Shown here: one piece after another, positions 1 through 9,466 of the stretch
Position numbering within the stretch: position 1 is the stretch's first letter
Layout: each line of letters starts with the position of its first letter
Assembly (NCBI GenBank): GCA_963699545.1
Contig: CAVOUE010000003.1
Coordinates: forward strand, 448,001-512,000
Direction: 5' to 3'
Length of the DNA: 64,000 nt
Source of the DNA: Nitrospirota bacterium
GTDB taxonomy: Bacteria; Nitrospirota; Thermodesulfovibrionia; Thermodesulfovibrionales; UBA9159
The notes under the pieces: model-generated
Seen by the model: only the letters and a program-made list of their open reading frames with translations
The model's database searches: none
Told to the model about the DNA's origin: nothing
Made by a program: the position numbers and the translations under genes

Positions 1-410
1 AAGTCAGGGGTCAGGACCTCTATCTTCGCATCTGGCAGCAGCTCCCGCAGTGCCATGACCGTCTGGAAAATTGCCGTGCGCCTCCATCGGGAAGGTCGTC
101 CCGCGTCACCGAGGTAATTACCACGTACTTCAGTCCCATATCCCGCGCCGCAAGGGCTACCCTTCCCGGTTCTTCCGCTTCAGGCGGATCAGGCGGCAAG
201 GGATGCGGACTCCACCGAACAGAAACCGCAGTTTCTTGTGCAACGGGAGCCGAGAATCATAAAGGTGGCTGTGGGTTTCGAAAAACAGACCCCGATATTG
301 GGACAACGGGCTTCTTCGCAGACGGTGGAAAGTCCACGGCTTCTCAGCATCTGTTTTGTAGCATGGAGTCCCGTAGAGCTCTTTGTCTTGATCCAGTCAG
401 GGAGTCTCAT
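1..410 (-). CDS. lipA: Lipoyl synthase, 5' part (runs off window edge; one frameshift near 190)
   Basis: RLPDW start, [12 protein letters not shown] (CX4CX5C) and CTRNCGFC radical-SAM motif; another frame continues [17 protein letters not shown]...IEVLTPD. Confidence 0.93.
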
Positions 411-473
411 GGGTTCATTGATGGCCGGGAAGGATTCCGGTCTTATAATAACTGTTAGCGAGCGTCAGGCCCG

Positions 474-683
474 TCAGGGATTGCCGTCACCCGTCTGAAC
501 ATCGTCCTTCTTCTCTTCGACTTCAGCACCAGCTTCAGCACCAGCTTCAGCACCAGCGGTTTCACCCTCACCCTGGACGCCTCCAGTCTTGTTGAACCGC
601 CGCTGCCTTTTTTCTTCCTGTTTTTTCAAGCGGGACAGCTCTTTTTTCCTCTTTTCGCTTTTAAATGCACCTGGTCTTCCCAA
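474..683 (-). CDS. Small hypothetical protein, basic N-terminus and acidic low-complexity tail
   Basis: 69-aa ORF, TTG start preceded by GAGGAGG. Confidence 0.65.
   Translation of the reverse strand: MGRPGAFKSEKRKKELSRLKKQEEKRQRRFNKTGGVQGEGETAGAEAGAEAGAEVEEKKDDVQTGDGNP
521..556. repeat. 3 x 12-bp tandem repeat CTTCAGCACCAG (encodes AGAE repeats)
   Basis: Read directly from the sequence. Confidence 0.9.
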
Positions 684-843
684 TGTATCGACCTCCTCTC
701 TTAATTAGGCATTATATCATGGAGGAGGCGCGGAATGCTAAAAACTGCGGAGACGGCTTTTCCCGCCAGACAGAGAAAGGTCTTGACTTTTTTTGGCAAA
801 TATGTCAGTCTTTACAAGAGTTTCAGAAGTTTTTGTACAGGGT

Positions 844-879
844 AGGGCCACAAAGACTTTTAGCTTTGTGGCCTTTTTC
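844..879 (+). terminator. Terminator/attenuator-like hairpin in the csp leader
   Basis: GGCCACAAAG-loop-CTTTGTGGCC followed by a T run, about 50 nt upstream of the csp start. Confidence 0.55.
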
Positions 880-928
880 GTTGATGCGGCTTCATGAGGC
901 TTAGTTTATGCGTAAGGAGGTATGGGAG

Positions 929-1129
929 ATGTCAAACGGAACAGTCAAGTGGTTCAACGAGTCCAAGGGCTTCGGCTTCATCACAAGCGAAGACGGCAGT
1001 GATGTTTTCGTCCACTATTCGTCCATCGCGGGCAACGGGTTCAAGTCTCTTGCCGAGGGTGACTCGGTCAGCTTTGATGTTGAAAATGGCCCGAAGGGTC
1101 CCAAAGCTGTCAATGTGGTAAAAAAGTAG
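929..1129 (+). CDS. cspA: Cold-shock protein (CspA family)
   Basis: GTVKWFN, KGFGFI (RNP1), DVFVHYS (RNP2); SD AAGGAGG. Confidence 0.97.
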   Translation: MSNGTVKWFNESKGFGFITSEDGSDVFVHYSSIAGNGFKSLAEGDSVSFDVENGPKGPKAVNVVKK

Positions 1130-1138
1130 TTGATTCCC

Positions 1139-1173
1139 AAGATCCCCCTGCCCTGCAGGGGGGTCTCTCTTTT
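1139..1173 (+). terminator. Intrinsic terminator after csp
   Basis: GATCCCCCTGC-CCT-GCAGGGGGGTC then TCTCTTTT. Confidence 0.7.
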
Positions 1174-1184
1174 CGGAGGAGGAA

Positions 1185-1571
1185 ATGACAAGCAAGCAGA
1201 ATTACATGGCAAGGATGGAGCTGCACAGGCAGAACAGACTTGCAACGGGCCTGCTTTCGGAACGGTTTCCCCAGGTTTCAAGCATCCTGATCAACATGAC
1301 CTATTACCAGAAGGGAGCGAACCCCGTGCTCATGTTGCGCACTATTCATGTGCAACCCTCTGACTCTGCTTATTTCAACATGGACTGTCTGATAAAGGGC
1401 TGCATTGATGGCGGTTTTGACCTGACTTCGATAATCAAGAAGATGGTGAAAGCCAGAAAGAAGACCGTTAAGGGTAAGCTTGTATGTCGCGGCAAGACTG
1501 ATACCAATTCCGCTGACCATGCAAGTGTCGAGTACGAAATCGAGATGCGCTACAACAGGAAAACCCGGTAG
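1185..1571 (+). CDS. Hypothetical protein with possible Cys/His metal site
   Basis: 128-aa ORF, SD GGAGGAGG; CLIKGC...C...H pattern. Confidence 0.75.
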   Translation: MTSKQNYMARMELHRQNRLATGLLSERFPQVSSILINMTYYQKGANPVLMLRTIHVQPSDSAYFNMDCLIKGCIDGGFDLTSIIKKMVKARKKTVKGKLVCRGKTDTNSADHASVEYEIEMRYNRKTR

Positions 1572-1594
1572 GAAATCCTTTCCGCGGTGATCTC

Positions 1595-2786
1595 TTAAGA
1601 TGTTCCTCTCGCAGTATTCAGACGCCTCATCACTTCCATAAGGGGTATCCTGTATTTCCGTGCGATTCTCTTGCAGTCCTCGTACTCAGGGCAGACCTTG
1701 ACGGTCCCATCTCGCATCGTTGACACTTTTACCCTCACCTTTCCAAACTCCGTTTCTTGCGACTTCCCCTCACGATGCAGGACGAGTCTCGACGCCTCAT
1801 AAAATCTCAGCCCTATGGTGGTGGTCTCTCCCAATACGATATCCATGATGTCCGCCCTCTTTTCCTCGTGACACAACACGGTGAGCAGTATCCCCGGTCT
1901 GCCCTTTTTCATGATCACCTGGGTGAGAGAGACATCCAGTGCCCCGGAATCGAAAAGTCTTTCCATGACGTATTCGTACAACTGAGGGTTCATATCATCA
2001 ATATTTGTCTCGATGACCGTCACTTTGGGGAGGTGAGCCGACTCCTGCCGGGATATCTCCTCCCCGAGAAGGATCCCTCAGAACATTGGGAAATCCCTCA
2101 ATGTCCTTCTGCCCGGCGCCGTATCCTATGCGCTCCGTTGTCATCAGAGGCATATTCACGCGGCAGTCTGCCACTTCCCGCACGATTGCGGCGCCCGTAG
2201 GGGTTGTGAGCTCAAAGGGAATACCTGAAGTATGCACGGGGATACCTTTCAGCAGTTCTGCCGTGGCGGGGGCTGGCACAGGGAGTCTGCCGTGCTCTGT
2301 CGTAACAACGCCGCTTCCGAGGTTCAGTGCCGATGAATAGACCTTCTCAACTCCGAGGAGATGAAGTCCTACAAGTGTGCCGAAAACATCAACCATACAA
2401 TCCACCGCCCCGAGCTCATGGAGGTGTGCGCTGTTGAAAGCCTTGCCATGGACCTTGCCTTCGGCGGAAAAAAGCCTTTTGAAAATGCTGAGGCCTTTTT
2501 GCTTTATGTGGGAAGGTAGAGAAGAAGCCTTTATAATCTTCTCTACGTCTTTCCAGTTCCTTGCTGATCGCCGATCGCTGACCGCTGACCGCTTGATGAC
2601 GACATCAACCTTTGTAGCAGCGATGGAGCATCGTCTCACTTTTTTTGCGTGAAGCTTGTATCCTTTTACGGAAAGGGCACTGAGTCCCTGTTCGATCTCC
2701 TTGAGCGGAACGCCGGCATCCACAAGGGCTCCGAGGCACATGTCCCCACTGATCCCGGATGAGCAATCAAAATATACTATTCTCAA
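1595..2786 (-). CDS. larC: Nickel pincer cofactor biosynthesis protein LarC (frameshift near 2050-2080)
   Basis: YFDCSSGISGDMCLGAL, HLHELGAVD, ELTTPTGAAI; second ORF ETNIDDMNPQ, MKKGRPG, PEYEDC. Confidence 0.95.
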
Positions 2787-2878
2787 AATGACCTCCGTTC
2801 TCCTGTCATATAATACAAAACATAGCAGGTTTCATCCAGAGGCGGGTTTTCCACGATATAAATGTAGCAACTTATTTC

Positions 2879-2908
2879 TTGACATTTGCTAAATAAACGT
2901 GTAATATT
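2879..2908 (+). promoter_or_regulatory. Putative sigma70 promoter of the island
   Basis: TTGACA at 2879 with AT-rich -10-like TAATAT 17 nt downstream. Confidence 0.45.
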
Positions 2909-2938
2909 CTAACTATAATAACTTTAACTGGGAGATTT

Positions 2939-3157
2939 ATGGATCAGGAGAGCAGAAGTGAGCGATTCAAGAGGATAGCGGCGAAAAGGACGAACGATAT
3001 TCTTGAGAAAGTCAGGATACTCGGGAATTGTTCAAACAAGAGTTCTTATGAATATACAGAGGAAGAGATAAATAAGATTTTCTCTGAGATCGATAAGCAG
3101 CTTAAACTGACCAAGGCAAAGTTCTTGGGTGGGAAGAGGGAGAGGTTTAGATTGTGA
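2939..3157 (+). CDS. Small helical protein of a type often seen at the head of R-M/defence operons
   Basis: RFKRIAAKRTN...LGNCSNKSSYEYTEEE...IF pattern; SD GGAG; family association is from recall. Confidence 0.8.
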   Translation: MDQESRSERFKRIAAKRTNDILEKVRILGNCSNKSSYEYTEEEINKIFSEIDKQLKLTKAKFLGGKRERFRL

Positions 3158-3195
3158 GAGCGGCCGCAAATTGCGACCACAAATTTGGAGGATGA

Positions 3196-3717
3196 ATGAA
3201 GGCTCTAATTCCGGTTGAGATGATCGAGAGGAAAATATATTTGATACGCGGCCATAAAGTTATGTTGGATAGGGACTTAGCCGAACTATACGGAGTGGAA
3301 ACGCGTGTGTTGAATCAGGCTGTCCGCAGAAATATCGACCGATTCCCTGATGATTTCATGTTCTCATTGACCCGGGATGAGATCATGAACTTATCACAAA
3401 TTGTGATAAGTTCCCGAATCAAGCACGCTCCTAACGTCTTTGTTTTTACAGAGCAGGGAGTTGCTATGCTTTCCACTGCACTAAATAGCGAGCGAGCGAT
3501 ACAGGTGAATATTGCAATTATGAGGGCTTTTGTAAAATTAAGAGAAATTCTTTCGACACATAAAGAATTGGCTCACAAGCTGACGCAGCTTGAGAAAAAA
3601 ATAGAGAAACATGATGAGGAAATAAAACTCATTTTTGATGCTATTCGTCAGCTCATGACTCCGCCTGTTCCGAAGAAGAAAAAGATAGGATTCCACAGGG
3701 AAAAGGAAGTCGGGTAA
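3196..3717 (+). CDS. ORF6N (KilA-N-like) DNA-binding domain protein
   Basis: IRGHKVMLDRDLAELYGVET..LNQAVRRNIDRFPDDFMF, FTEQGVAMLS..LNSERAIQVNIAIMRAF, C-terminal KIGF. Confidence 0.95.
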   Translation: MKALIPVEMIERKIYLIRGHKVMLDRDLAELYGVETRVLNQAVRRNIDRFPDDFMFSLTRDEIMNLSQIVISSRIKHAPNVFVFTEQGVAMLSTALNSERAIQVNIAIMRAFVKLREILSTHKELAHKLTQLEKKIEKHDEEIKLIFDAIRQLMTPPVPKKKKIGFHREKEVG

Positions 3718-3797
3718 TGCATCTTATGAATACATATCAAGGCAGATTTCTGGCGAGGGAAGAGGTTAGATTGTGAGAGGGATAATATCTTGGTACC

Positions 3798-5207
3798 ATG
3801 AAACATAATACAAAAATGAGAAAAATTGCTTTTAACCGTATTTATGAAGGAGATGCGCGTTACCTTTCTTCAAGGTTGCCAACCAAGAGTATCATGGTTA
3901 CAATTACTTCCCCTCCATATTGGAACTTAAAAGATTATGGGGTAAAGAATCAAATTGGGTGGGGGCAAGAATACAAACAGTACTTGGATGATATTATATC
4001 TGTCTTTAAAGAAGTTTACAGAGCATCCAAAGATTCGGGATCTCTTTGGGTAGTATTGGACACTTTCAAACCCAATGGAAAAGTGAAGCTTCTTCCGTTT
4101 GAGTTCGCTGATAGACTTCAAAGCGAAATAGGGTGGCTATTACAAGATGTCATTATCTGGGACAAAGGCAAGACGTTGCCATGGTCTCGTACCGGACAAC
4201 TTAGAAATCAATTTGAATACTTGCTTTTTTTTTCCAAGACGCAGAACTTTAGGTATGAAATCGACCGGATTAAGGAAATAGATCTCAAGGAGTGGTGGGT
4301 AAAATATCCTGAGCGCTACAACCCAAAAGGTAAGGTTCCTTCGAATATTTGGTCGCTACCTATACCTGTACAAGGTAGCTGGAGTTCGAATGGGCTTCGT
4401 CACGCGTGCCCCTTCCCTACTTCGTTAGTTGAGAAGGTGATACTCCTCACTACAGATCCTGACAAACATCACGTTGTTTTCGATCCTTTTGCAGGATCAG
4501 GGATAGTATTAGCTATGGCTGAGCAAATGGAGCGAGGTTTTTTGGGTTTCGAGCTCAACTCAAGATTTGTCGAAATGTATCAAAAAGAGGTAAAGAAGAC
4601 CGTTAAGAGAGAATGGACTAAACGATCTGACCATTTGAATAGCATAGAGGATCGGCGGGCACACCTTGAAACTCAAATTAAAAAGCTGAGGGTTACAAAG
4701 TATCCCAAACTATTGGCAAGATTAGTTGGCAAGACCATGCCGAAGACATCCCCTTTTCTACGAGGAATACTGGCACTTTCTTCTGATGCTATAGTAAACC
4801 CCTCGGCGACCACGAAACATGATGCATCGCTGTTCATGAAGATATTTCTAATTACTGAAAACATTAGCAACAAGGCTACCCTGATTGAAACACTGCAGAG
4901 GATTGCATCTAAGCCGCCCCTCTCAAAGTTTGGTATTAATGCTCAAATCAGCATTGTGACATTGGATGACCTCGAGAATCTACAACCAAGTTTTGGTATC
5001 TCAGCAAATAAAAGACTTTGGCTTTACAAACACGGCAAAACATACAAGTTTAATGCGGAAACTACGTTAAAGAAATGGTTATCAAATATTCAATTTCATT
5101 GGAAGCCGTCCAAAACCAATATTACATATCCAGTAATTGCGTCAAATGTGGCTGTGTCTCAAATAATAGAGAGAACATGGTCTCCCAAGAATGCGGATGG
5201 AGAATAA
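3798..5207 (+). CDS. Beta-class amino (N4-C/N6-A) DNA methyltransferase with ~170-aa C-terminal extension
   Basis: Motif IV ITSPPY precedes HACPFP and motif I VFDPFAGSG, then GFELN. Confidence 0.93.
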   Translation: MKHNTKMRKIAFNRIYEGDARYLSSRLPTKSIMVTITSPPYWNLKDYGVKNQIGWGQEYKQYLDDIISVFKEVYRASKDSGSLWVVLDTFKPNGKVKLLPFEFADRLQSEIGWLLQDVIIWDKGKTLPWSRTGQLRNQFEYLLFFSKTQNFRYEIDRIKEIDLKEWWVKYPERYNPKGKVPSNIWSLPIPVQGSWSSNGLRHACPFPTSLVEKVILLTTDPDKHHVVFDPFAGSGIVLAMAEQMERGFLGFELNSRFVEMYQKEVKKTVKREWTKRSDHLNSIEDRRAHLETQIKKLRVTKYPKLLARLVGKTMPKTSPFLRGILALSSDAIVNPSATTKHDASLFMKIFLITENISNKATLIETLQRIASKPPLSKFGINAQISIVTLDDLENLQPSFGISANKRLWLYKHGKTYKFNAETTLKKWLSNIQFHWKPSKTNITYPVIASNVAVSQIIERTWSPKNADGE

Positions 5208-5239
5208 AGTCGATATCAAGAAGGAGAAATCCATCATTT

Positions 5240-5926
5240 ATGACAGACCGAAAATTTAGAGACAAATCTGATCTTCTGAAGCTTAGTCATTTTGATGCAA
5301 AGACTTATGAGCATTATGCTTTAACTTCTTTAACAGCCTATTGTATATACTGGTTGCAGGAATGGGGCATCACGTCTACCCTAGAAACCCTATCTGTTGC
5401 AAGTCATAGAATGTTTCCCATTAAGTTCGCTATGGTTGGCTGGCCTCAATTTCCTGATATTAATCGAACAAATAGATCAGTTCTTCAGATGCGTCCCAAA
5501 TACCGTAATTTAGCTACATCTGCCTCAGATAAGGGTGTCTTCCTAAATCAAAACGGAATACAAGAGGCAAGAGCGCTTATAGAAAAACTGGGGCCACCTA
5601 TTCTTGAGGGTGAACCACAGCAACCAATCAATCCCTCAGTAAGACGAGAGAGAGGAACTGGTAAGCCGAGCGGCGTCCACGCAGAGGACAAAGTAGAGCA
5701 GCTCCGGAAGTCGTATATTTTTGATCTCTATTTGCATTCAAGATTTGATGAGGCAGAAGCAATTGATCTGATTCAGTTGCTCAATGTCTATGATCACACG
5801 CCCTCTCGTGTGAAGAAACTGAAACTAAAGGAATATGTAGATTCTGCAAATGAGCTGAATGACAAAGAAGCATTGGATTTTCTATCAAGGATATCCGAGC
5901 GCTTCAGCAAGTATTTGAATAAATAA
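5240..5926 (+). CDS. Uncharacterised protein, predicted N-terminal winged helix
   Basis: 228 aa from ATG 5240 after AAGGAG; helices followed by wing-like GVFLNQNG; fold is an inference. Confidence 0.8.
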   Translation: MTDRKFRDKSDLLKLSHFDAKTYEHYALTSLTAYCIYWLQEWGITSTLETLSVASHRMFPIKFAMVGWPQFPDINRTNRSVLQMRPKYRNLATSASDKGVFLNQNGIQEARALIEKLGPPILEGEPQQPINPSVRRERGTGKPSGVHAEDKVEQLRKSYIFDLYLHSRFDEAEAIDLIQLLNVYDHTPSRVKKLKLKEYVDSANELNDKEALDFLSRISERFSKYLNK

Positions 5927-5961
5927 ATGCAATTGATTCTCAAGACTGACTGGAGGATAAC

Positions 5962-8352
5962 ATGACCTCAACATTTGAATTTGAAATGAAAATGGCTAGC
6001 AGAGAATGGTTAAGACAATTCTATACGGCCGTTGTGAGAAGCATAGCAAAAACAATTACTGAGCCTGTTACCAATTCAGATACATCGTACAAACGAAAAT
6101 TGGATCTATCAGATGCATCTGGAATAGTTGACGAAGCCCTTTCCATTAAGAAAGGGACTATGTTTGATCTTTCTAACATAAAAGCCAGCCTTATGGATTC
6201 AAAACTTGAAAGAAATATCGACATTCACATTTACACAGCAAAAGGTCATGGGCGCGAGTCACGGACATGCGAAATAGTAGATTTTGCAGAGGGGTTGAGT
6301 TCAGACCAACTCAAGGATGCATTCGAAGTTTTTGCCGCAGACAAATCAACAGTTTCAAAACACAGACCTGGAAGAAGTCTCTTCGGGCGGGGTGTTAGTG
6401 ACGTTTTATTGGGTCACAAGCAAGGAACTTTTTTTAGTTATCATGACGGAATTCTTAGCGAGGCTGAATTCAGCTTTGATCCTACTAAGGACAAGGCTCC
6501 TAAAGGAAGAGTGACGGTGACAGCAAAGCCTAAGGCTTCAGATTTAAGAGAAATACACCTTCGACCAGGAGAGAATGGCTCGTGTGTTCGTTTTATGCTG
6601 CATGATGATTGTCGCATTCCTGAAGAGGGAACGATTATTCCTTATTTGGCTGAGTTCTACATGCTTCGCCTAATAAATGCAGATCCAAATATTAAGGTAA
6701 GAGTTTTCCAATATAGGAGCGGGAGAAAGATTATAGAGGATACTCTCGATTATGATTTCCCTATCGGTGATGTAATAGATAACTTTTCTCTTACAATCGA
6801 TAAGCCAGTGAAAGACGTAGCCCTTCCATCTTTAAACATTAAAGGAATAGTCTGTCGAGCAAATATTAAAGGGGGGCTTCCGGGTGGTAAAGATAGAGAG
6901 CAAAGAGCAAATGGGCTGCTAATTGTAGATGAAAAGGATGCAGTTCTTGACTTGACCTTTTTGCCTCGGTTCGAGGATGCCCCTTATCTGAAGAATATTT
7001 TTGGAATTGTCCGCATACAAAATATTCGAAATGTTTTTGACTGGTATCTTAATAACGGTAAAGATTCACCCCTCACGACGAGCAGAGACGGTTTTGATCT
7101 AAAACATGAATTCACAAAAGTGCTTTTTAAGGAACTTTCCGATCGTCTTGAGCCAATTTACAAGCGTGAAGAGGAACGCTTCAATAAGACATTTACTGAA
7201 GATATATCAAAGGAAACAAGACAACGGATCAACGACGCTATTAAGGAACTGAACAAGTACTTGAAGGATCTTATAGGCGAAGGTGAAGGAGATGGCCCTG
7301 AGCCAACCACACCTTGTATTGATCCCGATAAAGTCTTGCAGTTTGTTCCCGACAAGATAAAGCTTACACTCGGGCGCCCTCGTCCTATTAGGCTATTCCT
7401 AAAAAAGGATACCGCGAAACTCAGTGGTGGTATTATCTGTGATGCAAACAATGAAAAAATTGAAATCTCACCTCTTTCCCACCAAATTTCCGATGGTCGG
7501 AAAGAAGGCGCTTATTTAGTATATGTGCTAACGCTCAAATGTGACTCTTTACACGAAAACGCTGTGATTACGGCTCTTGCTGACGGACAAAAAGAGACCA
7601 TTGAAGCAACCCTCGAAGTGGTAGATGTGACATCAGGTGCTAATATCAGCTCCCCAGATGAAATGGAGTTCAGACCCGCAGAGTCAAGCGGCCGCCCAAA
7701 TCGCAATAATTACATCGCCCTTTACATAAATGATAAAGTGATCCCATTGGGAAGGAAGATAAAAATGGAGTTAGAAAAAACTCATGGGGCAATAGGACTT
7801 TGGGAGAATGAGAAAAGAGCCGATGAGCTATCAATAACATTCGAAAAGAAACACATCATTTCTGGTACCAATATAGGGCGTATATTGGTACCTTGGCGAG
7901 GAACGGGCTGGGGACAATCAGCGCGAATTACGGCGAAAACAAAAAAACCGGATGGCAATACAGTATACGCAACAGGGAAAATACTTCTTGAACAGCCGGA
8001 AGAGGAAGGCGGAATTATAAAAGACGTTAAATATCGACCTCTTGAGAATGACATGTGCTCCCATATAGTGGATGGGATTATTTATATCAACAGTAATCAC
8101 TATCTCAATAAGGTCGTGTTTGGCCCCGATGAGAAATCATATGCCCAGAAAATCGATAATGATCGAACAGCACAATATAGATTTTCTGCCGTGGTGGTCG
8201 AGCAAGGTGTTTTTAGACTTGCGGAGCAAAGCTATTTTGATGATGCATTGCAAATAAATCCAGAGGCCCCGGTCACTAGTTTGCGGGAGTTTATTGATAA
8301 GCAAACAAATGTCGCTGCACCCAAGATAATTAAAGCGTTTATGACCAAATGA
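5962..8352 (+). CDS. Large GHKL (HSP90/MutL/MORC-like) ATPase
   Basis: N box TEPVTNSD, G1 IVDFAEGL, G2 RSLFGRG, G3 NGSCV; then S5-like region (LTTSRDGF), a helical segment and C-terminal IYINSNH; SD GGAGG. Confidence 0.85.
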   Translation: MTSTFEFEMKMASREWLRQFYTAVVRSIAKTITEPVTNSDTSYKRKLDLSDASGIVDEALSIKKGTMFDLSNIKASLMDSKLERNIDIHIYTAKGHGRESRTCEIVDFAEGLSSDQLKDAFEVFAADKSTVSKHRPGRSLFGRGVSDVLLGHKQGTFFSYHDGILSEAEFSFDPTKDKAPKGRVTVTAKPKASDLREIHLRPGENGSCVRFMLHDDCRIPEEGTIIPYLAEFYMLRLINADPNIKVRVFQYRSGRKIIEDTLDYDFPIGDVIDNFSLTIDKPVKDVALPSLNIKGIVCRANIKGGLPGGKDREQRANGLLIVDEKDAVLDLTFLPRFEDAPYLKNIFGIVRIQNIRNVFDWYLNNGKDSPLTTSRDGFDLKHEFTKVLFKELSDRLEPIYKREEERFNKTFTEDISKETRQRINDAIKELNKYLKDLIGEGEGDGPEPTTPCIDPDKVLQFVPDKIKLTLGRPRPIRLFLKKDTAKLSGGIICDANNEKIEISPLSHQISDGRKEGAYLVYVLTLKCDSLHENAVITALADGQKETIEATLEVVDVTSGANISSPDEMEFRPAESSGRPNRNNYIALYINDKVIPLGRKIKMELEKTHGAIGLWENEKRADELSITFEKKHIISGTNIGRILVPWRGTGWGQSARITAKTKKPDGNTVYATGKILLEQPEEEGGIIKDVKYRPLENDMCSHIVDGIIYINSNHYLNKVVFGPDEKSYAQKIDNDRTAQYRFSAVVVEQGVFRLAEQSYFDDALQINPEAPVTSLREFIDKQTNVAAPKIIKAFMTK

Positions 8353-8422
8353 AAGACATCCTAGAGAAAGTCGACTCCATCAAATCCCTTCTTGACGGTG
8401 AGGACTTAAAAGGAATTTAACG

Positions 8423-9462
8423 ATGTTCAAGCCGAATTTCAGATATACGAATAAAATTGTGAAGGATCTGACACAGATATCTGCTGCGAGAGAACTCATC
8501 CTGAATGCCCCTTTTATCCCTAAGTGGGAAGTGGCCATTCGTCGAGAAGCAATTATACGGAGTGCTCATTCTTCTACAGCAATCGAAGGGAACAGGTTAT
8601 CTCTTGAGCAGGTAAGTGATCTAGCCCAGGGACGCGAAGTAATGGCAACACGCAAGGATAAGCAGGAGGTCCTAAATTATCTGCATGTGCTTGAAACTAT
8701 CGGGAAATTGGCCGCTGATGGAACAATTACAGAGAAAACTATTCTCAAAATCCACAAAATCTTAACCCGGGATACGTTAGAGAATCCTTCTGATTGCGGC
8801 GCATACCGCAGACGTTATGTTGTGATCGGAAACAGACTAACAGGAGAAGTTATTTTCAGACCGCCTTCAAACGAAGATGTCCCGAAATTAATGGGGGGGC
8901 GCTGGTTGTATGGCTGAATTCCTCTGAGGCACAGGCCCTTGACCCTATCATTGAGGCCGGCGTAGCTCACTATGAATTTGTAAGAATACATCCTTTTATA
9001 GATGGAAACGGAAGAACGGCCCGTGCTCTGTCAACGTTGATACTTTATCTTCGAGGCTTTGACGCAAAGCAATTTTTCTGTCTTGACGACTATTATGACA
9101 CAGACAGGCCGACATACTACCGGGTTTTACAGAGTGTGGATCAGAAGACCCTCGACCTGACCGGATGGCTTGAGTACTTTGTCGAAGGCGTCACAGTGAG
9201 CATCGCTGCTGTGAAGGAGAGTGTTATCCGCCTCAGCAGCGAAAGGCTGAGAAGAACGAAGAAAGGCCAGATAGCCCTCACCGAGAGGCAGATGAAGATT
9301 TTGGAAAGGATAATCCAGGATAGTAAGATAACTGTTGGCGAGGTTGCTGAGATGTTCGGGATAACCAGGCAGGCAGCACTGAAAGAAATAAACAAATTGG
9401 TAAGCATGAAAGTTGTTCTGCTGAAAGGAAAAGGCAGAGGGGCAAATTATGTGCTTGCATGA
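8423..9462 (+). CDS. Fic family protein with C-terminal HTH (frameshift in G run near 8895)
   Basis: HPFIDGNGRTAR Fic motif, inhibitory STAIEGN motif, wHTH ending KGKGRGANY. Confidence 0.93.
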
Positions 9463-9466
9463 AAAT

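Noticed and set aside
5075-5239. Cys-rich N-terminal extension of the 283-aa ORF
   Set aside because: It overlaps the methyltransferase gene; the SD-supported start is 5240.
3798-8352. Assignment to BREX, DISARM or classical type I/III R-M
   Set aside because: No PglZ, BrxC, helicase, PLD, HsdS or Res motifs are visible.
8357-8421. Short reading frame ILEKVDSIKSLLDGEDLKGI* between the ATPase and fic
   Set aside because: May be the 3' remnant of a replaced gene, but it is too short to support.
8891-8900. G run in fic as phase variation or programmed frameshift
   Set aside because: Cannot be told apart from the homopolymer errors seen across the window.
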